Part shown: piece by piece, positions 1-13,050 of the stretch
How positions within the stretch are numbered: the stretch's first letter is position 1
Layout: every line of letters starts with the position of its first letter
Assembly (NCBI GenBank): GCA_016748015.1
Contig: JAAOMT010000480.1
Location: forward strand, 868,001-932,000
Direction: 5' to 3'
Length of the DNA: 64,000 bases
Origin: Geosiphon pyriformis uo1
Lineage: Eukaryota > Fungi > Glomeromycota
Position numbers and translations under genes: made by a program
Notes under the pieces: model-generated
What the model was told of the DNA's origin: nothing
What the model saw: only the letters and a program-made list of their open reading frames with translations
The model's database searches: none

Positions 1-1245
1 ATTTATTTGTAACATTTAGTGCTTGTTATAAGATTATAAAATTTACAAAGTAGTGACTATTAGAACAGTTAAAAACGATTACTTGTCTTTCAGAAAAGCA
101 CTATATCAATACTTTTGAGAAAATCTAAAAATCTCAAAAAAAATATTTGTAGCCAAAAGCGATTTTTTTTACTATGTATACACTAAAATTAACTATTATT
201 TAGGCAAAACAGCTAATATTAGAAGACTTAGAAAACAAATTACCAAAATTTACTATTATATTTAATTACTACTATCAAAAAAACAATTACAGAAACTTTT
301 TTTATTGACAAAAAAATTAAAAAATATATATAAAACCAGTATTTACAACTTAAAAGAAATTATAATACTAAAACTTCTTTTAAAAAATCTGAATTGAATA
401 CTAAAAGCAATATTTAACAACAATTTAACAAAAAAATTTGCAATTTACTGTTAGCAAAAAGTCAAAATTTTTATTATTAACAATATTATTATATTACTAA
501 ATCTTAAAAAATAAAATATTACTTAATTAACTTAACAAATTACAGCCTAAAACTTCAAAAACTTTCAGAAATTTTTATTTTTAAGACTTTAACAAAAATT
601 TTTGAATTAAATTATTAAAAAAATATAAAACTTTTTTTGAAAATTTTATTCTTACAATAAATACTATTCTCTAAAATACTGTTATTTGGTAACAATAAAT
701 ATTATAATTATTAGCTAAATTAATAATTACTACTTTAGAAAAAATATTTTTATTTTAACTTTTTATAATAGTTAATAAAAAAAAACAACTAGTATTAAGT
801 TCAATTAAATAATCAAACATATTTTACTAATTTTTTCTTTACTAATAAACAAACAACTTTTTATAATTTTTAATATAGTTTATAAAAATATTGATAAATT
901 AAAAAAATTTTCTGGTAAAAAAAAAATGCTTATATATGAATTGTAAAAACTAAAAAAACAATTATGACCAATAATTAGAATAATGCTAAAATAATTTAAG
1001 TATTATTTTTCTTTTTAATAAGAATAGTTAATTCCTAATATTAAAATTTTACAAAAAAACAACTGATTTTGCTGTTTTTGAACTTGTATTTTTACAATAT
1101 TTTTGTAATTTAAATACTTTAATCAGACTACAAAATCAGTTTAGCATAATAAAACAAAAGAATTATAAAACTATAACTATTTATCTTAGATAATTCAATT
1201 AAATTCTTTGCCAAATTCAAGCTATTAAATAAAACTATTATATAT

Positions 1246-2119
1246 TGTTACAGTTTAAGAATTTAGCAAAAGAATCATAAAAATAATATAAACTATTCAA
1301 TCATAATATAGTGCAGTAATAATCTTAGAAAAGTAATGATTAACATAGTAGCAAACACCATCTTGCGATAGTAGCAAGCACCAGTTCACAATAGCAGCCA
1401 ACACCAACTGGTGATAGCAACAAACACCAGGTTGAAATATCAAAAAGAAAGTATTACAATGTGTTTTTTCATAGAACTACAAACATGTATATATAAAGTA
1501 GCTTTAATATTGAGAAAAAACAAGCAAGTAATAAAAATCATAACTTATCAAACAATAGATCCAATTTTATTCAACAAACTCCACTTTAAATCATACTTTC
1601 AAATTAAATATCCCAAGAAACCTTTAAATCAAAAAGAAATGAAAAAGAATATTTAAAACTAAATTATCACAGCCCAAAGTATTAAAAAACTTACTTGTAT
1701 TATTTATTGAATGAAACTATCATTCATTAACTGAATCCCTTGGAAGAATAATCCTTGATCAAGATTATTCACATTGTTACTAATTAATAAAAGCTTTATT
1801 GTAAGAATTAGAAAAAGTGCTAAAAGCCATTAATATTCTGTGTTTCTAGATTAGAAAAACACATCAGGCAATTGCAAGGATAGCCTCAGAGAAGACTCCA
1901 GACAGTGGGTAGATTTCAGTTCAGCCTCTAAGAAGGAGTACATAAACACACACAACAATTAGGAATTGAAGAATAACTTACATTACAACATTAAAAAGAA
2001 AGTCTTCAGTATAACAGTGACATTATCACACAAATAGAATTAAGGAACTCACGAAAGACTGATTGCAATTAAAACGGGATATAAGCAATTAAATATAACA
2101 AGAAAACCATCCTGTAATA
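1246..2119 (+). mobile_element. Solo LTR (874 bp) of the young Gypsy family, 4-bp TSD ATAT
   Basis: Starts TGTTA and ends GTAATA (CA>TA mutated). It is the reverse complement of the LTRs at 2818-3427 and 7972-8702. ATAT lies at 1242-1245 and 2120-2123. It splits the host gag, which resumes after it. Confidence 0.93.
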
Positions 2120-2817
2120 ATATCTAGCTAAATTCTAAACCAATTATGAAAAAACTAAAAAGCAATATTCTTCAGTTTATTAAATCTCATTATTTTAGAA
2201 ATTTACAAAATATTATAATACTTGTTTATAATTTCGAATTAATTGAACAAAAAACCAAACATATTTAAACTGTTAATTTGGTTATAAGTAAAATCTCTGA
2301 TATTAATATAAAGCTTATTTAATTAAGTAAAAAGTTATTTCAAAAAATTCTTTAATTTTTTGCAGAAAATTTAAAAACATATTAGTTTTCACAATATCAA
2401 AAAAATAACAATAATACAAAATACCAATAATAACAATAATAATAACAATAATAGTAGTTTTAAAAACAAAATTTTTGCAATTACTATTATTGTCAGAAAT
2501 CTGGTTATTTTGTATAAGTTTGTCATAAAAAAATATTAGATTAGAATTATAAAAACCAATATTTACAACCATTAAAATATTTACATTTATCAGAATATTA
2601 TTATTTTACTCTCTAATATTAATAATTTTAATATATACTACAGTTAATTCCAACTTATTACTAATCTTTTTAAATAATAATATTATTTTGATTATAGTAT
2701 TAAGTTTTTTAAAACACTAATCTAAGACCCAAAACTATCAATTATAGCCAAAGATAAAGAAACAATTCTTAAAACCAATCTTAAATTTTAATAATATTAA
2801 TTTGAATTCCAAACCAC

Positions 2818-3427
2818 TGTTACGAGATGGTTTTTTTGTTATATTTAATTGCTGATATTCCGCTTTAATTGCAATCAGTCTTTCGTGAGTTCCTCAATTC
2901 TATTTGTGTGATAATGTCACTGTTACACTGAAGGCTTTCTTTTTACTGTTGCGATGTAAGTTATTCTTTAATTCTTGATTGTTGTATGTGTTTATGTACT
3001 CCTTCTCAGAGACTGAACTGAAATCTACCCACTGTCTGGGGTCTTCTCTGAGGCTATCCTTGCAATTGCCTGATGTGTTTCTCTAATCTAGAAACACAGA
3101 ATGTTAATGGTCTTTAGCGCTTTTCTAATTCTCACAATAAAGCTTTTATCAATTAGTAACAAGGTAAATAATCTTGATCAAGGATTATTCTTCCAAGGGT
3201 TTCAGTTGATGAATGATAGTTTCATTCAATAAATAATACAAGTAAGTTTCTTAATACTTTGGGTTGTGATAGTTCCATTTTAAATATTTTTTTTCATTTC
3301 TTTTTGATTTTTAAAGGTTTCTTGGGATATTTAATTTGAAAGTATGATTTGATAAGTTATGATTTTTATTACTTGATTTTTTTTTTTCCCAATATTAAAA
3401 CTACTGTATATATACATGTTTGTAGTT
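2818..3427 (-). repeat. 3' LTR of the young element (partial, runs into assembly gap)
   Basis: About 97% identical to 7972-8355 over the 384 comparable bases (13 differences by manual count). Confidence 0.93.
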
Positions 3428-3558
3428 NNNNNNNNNNNNNNNNNNNNNNNNNNNNNNNNNNNNNNNNNNNNNNNNNNNNNNNNNNNNNNNNNNNNNNNNN
3501 NNNNNNNNNNNNNNNNNNNNNNNNNNNNNNNNNNNNNNNNNNNNNNNNNNNNNNNNNN

Positions 3559-6500
3559 TCTTATTTCTGATTTTCCATATGGTAGGAGCGTGATGAACTG
3601 CTCATTTTTAATTACTTCGCCTTTTTCCCCTATTGTTTCAGCGAAATTTGCTTCAATTCCTTTTCCTGTCGATCCGAAACCAAAAGTTCCTCTCGTTGTT
3701 TGTGACAATTTCTCACGATTTTCCACTGACACGAATTTCCCAATTTTTACCAATGATAGGAAAATTGCTTGTGCAATCTTTTCCTTAGATTCAATGGTAT
3801 AAGGCTTTTCTGAATTGTTCTGTAGCAAAACCATCAAATTTCCAGTGTATCTGGAGTTAATTACTCCTTCTTGAATGCTTATTCCTTTTTTCGCAAGACT
3901 TGATCATGACGCCATTTGAACCATTATTCCTGGCGGAATTTCAACCGCTATTTTTAGGTCGATTTTGGTGATGCTCCTGGGTGGTAACGTTGTGGATTGG
4001 TCTTCCAGATAATGTAGATCGAATTCGGCGTCGGTTGGATGGGCTCTTTCGGGTATTATTTCTAAGTGCCTGTTGTCGAAGTATTGGATGTCGGTCACCT
4101 GTTCTAGGTCGGTATAGGCTACAAATTTTTCTGACTCGGGACCATCAGGTGAGTCTTGTTGATTTATTGATTGATTTTGAGACTGCTGATTCTCAATTTC
4201 CATTTTTCTTTCTAAGTTCCTTTCGTCTTGACACTCTTCACAGCACTGACTTTGACACGGGATGAGACAGTTTTCACAGAGGTAAGTGTTGATTTGGACG
4301 AGGTATTGTTTTTGCTCTTGTTGAGTGGGGCATAGTTGTTGGTAGTAGTCCTGGAATTCGTCCACTGGGTCGAACATGTTGTAGCTGGCGACTTTGTCGG
4401 CTACTTCGGCTGACTCTTTTCAACATCATATTTCTTCGGTGGTTCCTCCTCTTACTTTGGCTTGTGTGGTGTTGTACAACTTGTCCTCGTTGTGTGGGTA
4501 GTGCTGTAGTCTTTTTAACGCTCTGTTGAACGCTGCTTCGAACGGCGTTCCTCCTCTTACCCAGTCACAAATGAGGATTGTGTATTGGCAAGTTGTGTCA
4601 CACGTTCCTCCTCTGCCTGGTAAGTCGTTCCAGTCGCACCCTCTTGGTAACGGTTCTTCACAAGCGAGGCACGGTTCCTCGTCCCATTTTCCGTGTCTTT
4701 CTAGGTAACTGTATTTTTCTTTGTTACAACGGTTACAATAGTAGTGGGTGGGGTTTCTTGGGTCTTCGTCCGGTGCGCTGTACGCAGTCATAGACGAGAG
4801 TTTCTTCTTGCAAACTGAGCATTCTAGCTTTGGTCTGCGTCGCTGGTGGTTTCTTCGTGAACTTACCTGGTTCCATTCGGATCTTTCTTCGCTGGTCCAC
4901 GTTGGTACGGCTGGTAGTTCTGTTCTTTGGTCATCAGCCCAAGAGAGCTGATAGGTTTCGATGACTGGTAGTGCTGGATTTTCCTCAAATTTGAAGGTAG
5001 GTTTTTGGTTGGCGCTGGGTTTTTGGAAGTGGCCACAGGTGGCTGGAATTTTGGCCTGGTGGCCATTATAATTGATCAGAAGCTCTTTGGTGGTCCAGTC
5101 TAGAGTGGCGTTGGCTTTTGTTAGCCAGTCATTCCCTACTAACACTTGATATTGTGTAGTGTCCATTACTAATACTTTTGTAGGTATTACTATGCCGTTA
5201 ATTTCGAAAGAGAATGAGTTGATTTCGCCATAAGGCAGCTTTGTACTTCCATTGGCTGTTATGATTTGGAATGTCGTGGCACGATCAACTTTGAAACCCA
5301 GTTGGTTTACTAGTTGAAGCGTTACGATGCTTCCAGCGGATCCGCTGTCTAAGATAAGTTTGATTGGGGTATTGTTTACAGTGGCTTCCGTATATATAGC
5401 AGTGATTGGGCATTTTTTGTCCAATGCTGCTCCACTGAACATAGTCTCGTTTTCCTCTAATTCAAAAGGAAAAATAGCTGCGAAGCTGCTATCTTCGGTG
5501 GCAACTGCTGGTGGTATTGTCTGGCTCAATTTGGAGGAATTTTTGGTTCTGTTTATGTTTCTACCGTCATTGTTTCCGATGATCAGGTTTTCCGGTATAT
5601 TAAGGTAAGTTTGTTGATAATTTTGGTAGTTTGGATTGGTTTGCTGATTGGTTCCGGCGCGGTTTGGATTCCTCTGGANNNNNNNNNNNNNNNNNNNNCT
5701 AAGATAAGTTTGATTGGGGTATTGTTTACAGTGGCTTCCGTATATATAGCAGTGATTGGGCATTTTTTGTCCAATGCTGCTCCACTGAACATAGTCTCGT
5801 TTTCCTCTAATTCAAAAGGAAAAATAGCTGCGAAGCTGCTATCTTCGGTGGCAACTGCTGGTGGTATTGTCTGGCTCAATTTGGAGGAATTCTTGGTTCT
5901 GTTTATGTTTCTACCGTCATTGTTTCCGATGATCAGGTTTTCCGGTATATTAAGATAAGTTTGTTGATAATTTTGGTAGTTTGGATTGGTTTGCTGATTG
6001 GTTCCGGCGCGGTTTGGATTCCTCTGGACCAACACGTTCTGGTTCTACATGGGCTGATTTCGGGCCTCGGGACGCCAATTCGGATTGACTATCATGGGCT
6101 GTTGCTGGTAAGCTCCTTGATTTTGATACGTGGTGGGATATTGGCGTGGTATTGGCGTGTACTGGTTTCTGGGCATTTGGGGTGGCGCGTAGTAATTATT
6201 TTCGTGTGCTTCCTGCATCATTCACGTTCGACATTGACTAATCAAATGTCCTACGCATTTGCAAAAATGGCAGGCGCATGTTTCTGTTCTGAATTCCTGG
6301 CGCGACGAGCGATTATTTCGACTGTTGCTGACTTCCTGGCTGCGTCTTTGGGGTGGTTGGTATGTATTTTTTCTCAGATCTGAGATGAGGTAACTTTCTA
6401 TTTTCTTAGAGAGTTCCTTCCCTAATCGCGTTACTCTTTTCTCTAATGTTTCTGTCTTATTTTCCTCCATTACCATGTTAACCATTTGACTATAGTTAGC

Positions 6501-7958
6501 TTCTTTCTTAGCCGATTCAAGGGCTCTGGTGAGCGTAACGGCTTCTGGTAAGAAATTAGGGTGGGCAGAGCGTACCCTTCCTAAAATGCTGCTTTTTAAT
6601 CCTCTAATAAACTGATTTAAAACCTGAGGATCAGTGTAGTATCCTTGTTCAATCACTTCAATCTGACGGTGAATTCGATTGAATCGAGCAAGGTATTGGG
6701 TGACAGTTTCATCAGTATTTTGCTTGATAGTATTGAATTCGTTCTGTAGTTGGATTACGGCGTTTGGGTCGCTAAAATACTCCAGGAGTGCATTTTTAAA
6801 TTCGGCAAAGCTCGTGGGTTTTGTTTCCAGGCTTTAATACCACGAGTTGGCTGTGCTTTTCAGGAAGAAAGGTAATGTTTGAATTGCTTTTTGGTCGTTC
6901 CAGTTATTTGCCTGGATGGCTTTTTGTGCTTCTCTGAGCCATGTGTGCACATCCGTTTCTTTTTCCTCTTCTGAGAAATCTGTTAGTCTTGCAATGTATG
7001 GTGTGGTTATTTTGTTGCCGTTTTCTGCTGGTGAATTTATTGGTCTAAGAGGAGGTGGGATGATATTTCCTTGAGTGTTCCTAAAGGTAGCTTCCCTTAT
7101 ATCTGGTTCTTCTTCTTGATCACGAGTTTCTTGGTTTTTGGACTGGCTGCTTGTTCCAGTGACTGGTCTTGTGATTGTTTTTTTGCTGGTCTCTTTTTCG
7201 GATTCTGATTCAGACTCCTCTTCATGGTTTTCAAATCCCGTTCTAAATTTTGGCTGAAAAAGAGGGTTTTGGAATAGTGATGAATATCCTCCTGTAATTG
7301 GTATGTCTCCCCAGTTACATTGTTTAATTTTAACAATATAACTAGGAGTTTTTGGCGTTTGTGAAGTTGATGTTGATGATAATGCAGCTCCTAATGGAAT
7401 TTGTATCTTATTTTCTGGTGAAAAATGGTATGATTTATCTTCTGGTGAATAAATACGTTGTTTCTTTATTGATTGAGTGACAGTTTTCTTTGGCGTTTGA
7501 GCTGGTGTTTTTAGTTTTTGCTGGTTACTTTCCTGATTAGTTTCTAAATTTTCTTTGGTTTTGTTGGTGCGTTCCCTAGTGTTTCCTGTGGATATTGGAA
7601 AATTTTCGTTGGCATATTGCTCAATTTCTCAATGGATTTTGACAATAGTTGCGGCTATTGCTGCTACTTCTTTTGTAGTGTATTGTGATAATTCTCTATA
7701 CAATCCAAGTTTTGCGCCATGTGGTTCTTCTTCCTTTCCTATATGATAATTTATTCTGGCGTTAATATAATAAGTGAGGGCAGATTCTGCTGGACAACAC
7801 CCTTCTGGTAATCCAAGATCACTTTGATTTTGTGTGTAAATAGCACGGCAGAATTCAAGAACAGTAAGATTAGGGGTTTTTGTCGCCACTTTTGTCTTTT
7901 CCTTTTTAGCAATGAATTATTGCTAATTATTATTTCTTTTTTGATTTTTTTTCTTCAT
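3559..7958 (-). pseudogene. gag-pol polyprotein (retrotransposon gag, CCHC knuckle, aspartic protease, Cys-rich domain, dUTPase); single frame broken only by nonsense codons
   Basis: ORF pieces starting at 7889, 6656, 6035/5763, 4377 and 3837 share one frame once the 350-bp assembly overlap is removed. CHFCKCVGHLISQC (CX2CX4HX4C) lies at ~6230-6270 and LILDSGSAGS at ~5350. Stops at 7629, 6222, 4426 and 3904 are TGA, consistent with CGA>TGA. Confidence 0.9.
3660..4060 (-). pseudogene. dut: dUTPase domain within the retroelement pol
   Basis: Trimeric dUTPase motifs: AHPTDAEFDL (I), S*SSL (II, SRS), GVINSRYTG (III, GVIDSGYTG), KIAQAIF (IV), RGTFGFGSTG (V). Confidence 0.92.
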
Positions 7959-7969
7959 AGGGCTCACCA
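7958..7969 (-). promoter_or_regulatory. Primer-binding site TGGTGAGCCCTA
   Basis: TGG-initiated motif 2 nt inside the 5' LTR on the minus strand, complementary to a tRNA 3' end ...AGGGCUCACCA. The tRNA identity is not determined (Trp is plausible). Confidence 0.8.
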
Positions 7970-7971
7970 AA

Positions 7972-8702
7972 TGTTACGGGATGGTTTTCTTGTTATATTT
8001 AATTGCTGATATCCCGCTTTAATTGCAATCAGTTTTTTGTGAGTTCTTCAATTCTATTTGTGTGATAATGTCACTGTTACACTGAAGGCTTTCTTTTTAC
8101 TGTTGTGATGTAAGTTATTCTTTAATTCTTGATTGTTGTGTGTGTTTATGTACTCCTTCTCAGAGGCTGAACTGAAATCTACCCACTGTCTGGGGTCTTC
8201 TCTGAGGCTATCCTTGCAATTGCCTGATGTGTTTCTCTAATCTAAAAACACAGAATGTTAATGGTCTTTAGCGCTTTTCTAATTCTCACAATAAAGCTTT
8301 TATCAATTAGTAACAACGTGAATAATCTTGATCAAGGATTATTCTTCCAAGGGATNNNNNNNNNNNNNNNNNNNNNNNNNNNNNNNNNNNNNNNNNNNNN
8401 NNNNNNNNNNNNNNNNNNNNNNNNNNNNNNNNNNNNNNNNNNNNNNNNNNNNNNNNNNNNNNNNNNNNNNNNNNNNNNNNNNNNNNNNNNNNNNNNNNTC
8501 TTTTTGATATTTCAACCTGGTGCTTGCTGCTATCACCAGTTGGTGTTGGCTGCTATTGTGAACTGGTGCTTGCCACTATCGCGAGATGGTGTTTACTACT
8601 ATGTTAATCATTACCTTTCTAAGATTATTACTGTGCTATATTATGATTGAATAGTTTGTATTATTTTTATGATTCTTTTTGCTAAATTCTTAAACCATAA
8701 CA
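7972..8702 (-). repeat. 5' LTR of the young element (contains N gap 8356-8498)
   Basis: Matches the 3' LTR and the solo LTR; TG...CA termini. Confidence 0.93.
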
Positions 8703-10489
8703 CCACAATAACTTACTATTATAAACACTATTAACTTAATATTTAAACCAAGTATTATATTTTAGTTTTATTAAAACTTAAGATTTTGGTAATATTGTAT
8801 TTTTAAAAAAAAAGCTACAGTCAAAATTACCAATTTTTTTTATACTAATATTTAAACTACTTTTAATATAATTTTTTCAATTATAATTACCAAAAACAAA
8901 ACTTTTGCAGTCCTGTTTGATATTAATACTTGAATACTTATAATCTCTTTAATAAAACTATTATCAATTCAAACAAATTTATTATAATAATATATATTAA
9001 TACTTAAATAAAACAAATAAGCATTAAGTTAATACTTAATAATAGATTGATTAACAGCATTATTATAAAACAATTTATAGACCAGTTGAGTTATTAAATT
9101 AATTATGCTGCTACTATTAAAATAATTATTGCTAATAAAAATATTAAGATCTTAATAAAAAAAATTAATAATTTCTTCTTTGAAATAAATAAAATCAAAA
9201 TTTTTACCAAAGTTTTTGTAATAGATATAATTTAATACTAAACTCTAATTGGTAATAATTAGTTAATTAAAACTTATATTATTCTTAATTAGAATACTTA
9301 AGAGTTTTAAATCTTATTTAATGGCCAATATATTCAAGTATTTATTAATTATAAATATTTTAAAACAGCTATCTTAGAACTGTCTTTAATCAAATTTAAA
9401 AAACTAGTAATACAGTTTATTTTAAAAACATATTAGATTTTTTGGGCCAATGATTTTAGCATGAAATTAACATTATTACTCACTTAAAAAAAAACCAAAA
9501 ATATTAATTTTTATTTATGTTTTACCAAATTAACATAATTAATTCTATTGTCAATTTAAACTAGTTTGTATAAATTGTAAAAAAAAACTATTTTTAATAA
9601 AAAATAATAAAATATAATCTATTATAACTAAATATTATTGTTATCTTTGTATATTAAAATGATTTAAATATTCAAAAGAACAAAACAAATAAAATAACAT
9701 CTTATATTTTGTCTATAAAAAAATTTTATTTAATAAAAAACTATAAAACAATATTTTTAATAGAAATATATAAAAAATTTTGTTAATATACTATTTTCTA
9801 AAAAACATATATAAATAATATTAAATTTTATTTAGGATACTTTAAACAATTTTTTGTAGTTATAGTATTATATTTTCTTATAAAAATAAATCTTAAATTA
9901 GTGCTAAAAATTTTTATTAATATTATAGTCCAAATTATATTTTATTTTTTGTAAAAATTTTTTAATTTATTCTAAGTTATTTAAAAAAAATTAGGTTTTA
10001 TTGCTAAAAAAATCCAAGAATTTAAATCTAATAGATAAAAAAATATACAAATTAAGTATATAAAAAAATTTAGTAACAAAATAAAACTTATCTATATTAA
10101 TATTATTATTTTAATCCTATTATATTGACAATATATTATGAAAATTAAATAAAAAATTCAAAATTAAGCATTATTATTTGAAGCTGTTTTAGAAATATAT
10201 TATCTAACTAATATTATAAATTTGTATATTTCTGTTAAAGTTTATAAACATTTCAAAATACTTATATATAACTTAACCAACAAGATTATTAAAATCTTTA
10301 AAAACATTTTTATTGGCTTTATAATCTCAAACATCTAAAATTTCAAAAAACTTTAGTTTATTTTTAATTTTATACAATTATTTTTGTTCTGTAATATTAT
10401 AGAACATATTAAAAAAAAGTTATTTGTTTATTTTTAAAGAAATTAATAAACTTAATTTTGAAAATATAAAAACTTTTTAACAAATACAA

Positions 10490-13050
10490 CTTAATATTTT
10501 ATTGAATTAATATGCCAATGTTTTTGTTAATAAAAATAAATTTAGATACATAATATCATAAAACATAAAATTAATACAAAAGATGTCAAATTAATTAAAC
10601 AATAAACTTATGGAGTTATTTTAAATAAAATCAACTTAATTAAACAGAAAATACAATAAATATTAAACAATAATCCAATAAAAAAATTATTAAGTTTATG
10701 ATTTTATCTGTTATTTTAATTATAAAAAAGAATAAAAAAATCTGTTTCTGTGTGAATTATTAAAAACTTAATAGTATTATTTAAAAAAATAGCTATTCAA
10801 ATTTCTTTATTTAAAAAATTTTAGATAATTTAGAAAACAAAAAATAGTTTTTATTATTAGATTTAGCCAGTAAATATTAGCAAAACAAAATAAATTTAGT
10901 TAACAAAGAAAAGACTGCTTTTACTATCTAAAATAGATACTTTAAATTTAATATAATATTTTTTGAATTCTGTAATATTTCAGCCATTTTTTAATGTTTA
11001 ATAAAAATTGTTTACAAAAAATTCTGTAAAAATTAGCTGTTATTTACTTAGATAATACAAATATATTTTCAAAAATCTTTAATAATTATTTACTTTATCT
11101 TTAACAAGTTTTTGACTATTTTTAAAATACGAAACTAAAACTTAACTTTAACAAATGCTTTTTTAGAAAAACTGAATTAAAGTTTTTTGAACATGTTATT
11201 GAAAAAAACAAAGTAAAATTTGATCTAAACAAAGTCCAAAAGGTAAAAAATTTTCTTGTTTCAATCAACTTTTGTAAGCTTTAAAAATTTTTAAAATTTG
11301 CTAAATATTACTAATGTTTTATCAAAAAATTCTCAAACATTGTCAAATTTTTTTATTATTTGCTCTCAAAACATGTATCATATATGTAAAAAATAAAACA
11401 ACAGAAAGTCTTTGAATATTTTAAATGCTGATTTATTAGAACTCTAGTTTTAATGTATTTAGATTTTACAAAATAATTTATTATAGCTACTAATGTATTA
11501 AAAAATGACTTAAAAGCCATTCTATTTCAAATTAGACTTAATAATAAAGAATATTTTATTACTTATACCAGTAAAAACACTTGTATAGTCGAGAAAATAT
11601 ATAATACTACAGACTTAAAATGCTTTGCTATTTATTAAATCAAACAAAATTGATAATATTATCTTTACTAAATATTTAATCTATATACTAACTATAAAAA
11701 ATTGATTTGATTGTTAAATAAACCATAATTAGAAAGAAATATACAAGATAAAATATTTATTTACAGCAATTTTTTTATAAAATATATTATAAAAAAAAGT
11801 TAAAAATACTAATACTAATAACTTATTAAAAATAATTCAAATTTAAACTTGTTAAATAAATACACTTACTTATTAAAAATTGTATTAATATTTGTTAATA
11901 CTTTAGTTTAAGAAGAAATTATTTTAACAAAAACAAAGTATTATATCAAACAAATCAAAAATTACTTTATTTACAATAAATATTTATATTAATAAGAATA
12001 TGAAAATTATAATATATTATAATAAGTAATAAAAAACACAAAAAAAGAAATTATTTTGTTTAATATACATTTAAATCTAATTGTTAAATATTTTAACAAA
12101 GATACAATATTAAAAAAAATAATTATTCTATATTATTAACTCATAATATATATCAATATATTTAAATATATTCTTAATTATAACTTTTGTTAAAAAAAAA
12201 TCAGAATAATAAAACTACTTTAATCTATTTTAATTAAAAATTTATTTAATAGAATTAGAATTAATTTAGTTAGACTTCTGTTAATTATCTCCAAAAAATA
12301 TTAATATATTGTTGTTATTATAGATTATTTTATCAAATAGCCAGAAGTTTAAACTATTCAAGTTATAAATATTTAAACAGTAGTTGAGTTTATATACCAA
12401 AACTTAATTTGCTAACATAAATGTTTAAAAAAATTATTATCTAATCAAGAAACTTATTTTGTTAATAATACTTTGATAAAATTAAGTTAACAATTTAAAA
12501 TCAAACAACTTTTACTATTTTTATATTATTTATAAACAAATAAATTAATAAAACAATTTGACCAAATATTGTGTAAAGCTTTAACAAAAATAAATTACAA
12601 AAATACATAAAAATAAGACTTATTTATATCTTAATATTATTTATATATCAAATATTAAAACAAAATACTATTCAATTTATACTATTTAAATTAATATATA
12701 AAAGAAAATTATACTATTTATTGAACTAAAAATACTTTTTTTTTTAACCAAAACAATTACCAAATAAAACTTTAAAATTATTTTATATCAAAAAACTAGA
12801 AAAAAAATAAAAAACAGTAGCTAACAATATTAATAACTCATAAAAACAACAAAAAAAAAGACATAATAATTAATTATTTAACTAATTAATTAAATTCAAA
12901 ATTAGAAACAAAGTATTATTATATTATACCAAAACATAAAAGCAATAAAATAGAAAATTTGACCAAATTATTTTATATATATTAAGTTTTAAAAAACAGA
13001 ATTTTAAAAAAAGCTGTACATAAAAATTGTTTAAAACTTTATTATACAAT
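10490..13050 (+). pseudogene. Decayed pol (RT-RNase H-integrase) of the old Gypsy element
   Basis: Recognisable motif remnants with D>N, G>R/E/K, W>stop and P>L substitutions (YLDD>YLDN at ~11045, SDQG>SNQE at ~12440). Confidence 0.85.

Larger units (their letters stand above)
2818..8702 (-). mobile_element. Young LTR retrotransposon (Ty3/Gypsy-like, dUTPase-encoding), 4-bp TSD CCAC
   Basis: Direct LTRs at 2818-3427 (runs into gap) and 7972-8702 with TGTTA...TAACA termini. CCAC lies at 2814-2817 and 8703-8706. PBS is next to the 5' LTR. Internal gag-PR-dUTPase is visible. RT/IN is not visible and may be hidden in the N gap at 3428-3558. Confidence 0.93.

Noticed and set aside
1411-1656. Short ORFs in LTRs (also 3349-3570, 8255-8650, 8339-8536)
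   Set aside because: They lie within LTR sequence or span N runs and have no protein features.
5349-6027. Apparent ~329-bp tandem duplication in gag-pro
   Set aside because: The copies directly flank an N gap, typical of unmerged contig overlap, and removing 350 bp restores one frame. Two transition differences between the copies may reflect reads from different element copies.
3416-6383. Plus-strand ORFs over the young element
   Set aside because: Antisense shadows of the gag-pol frame.
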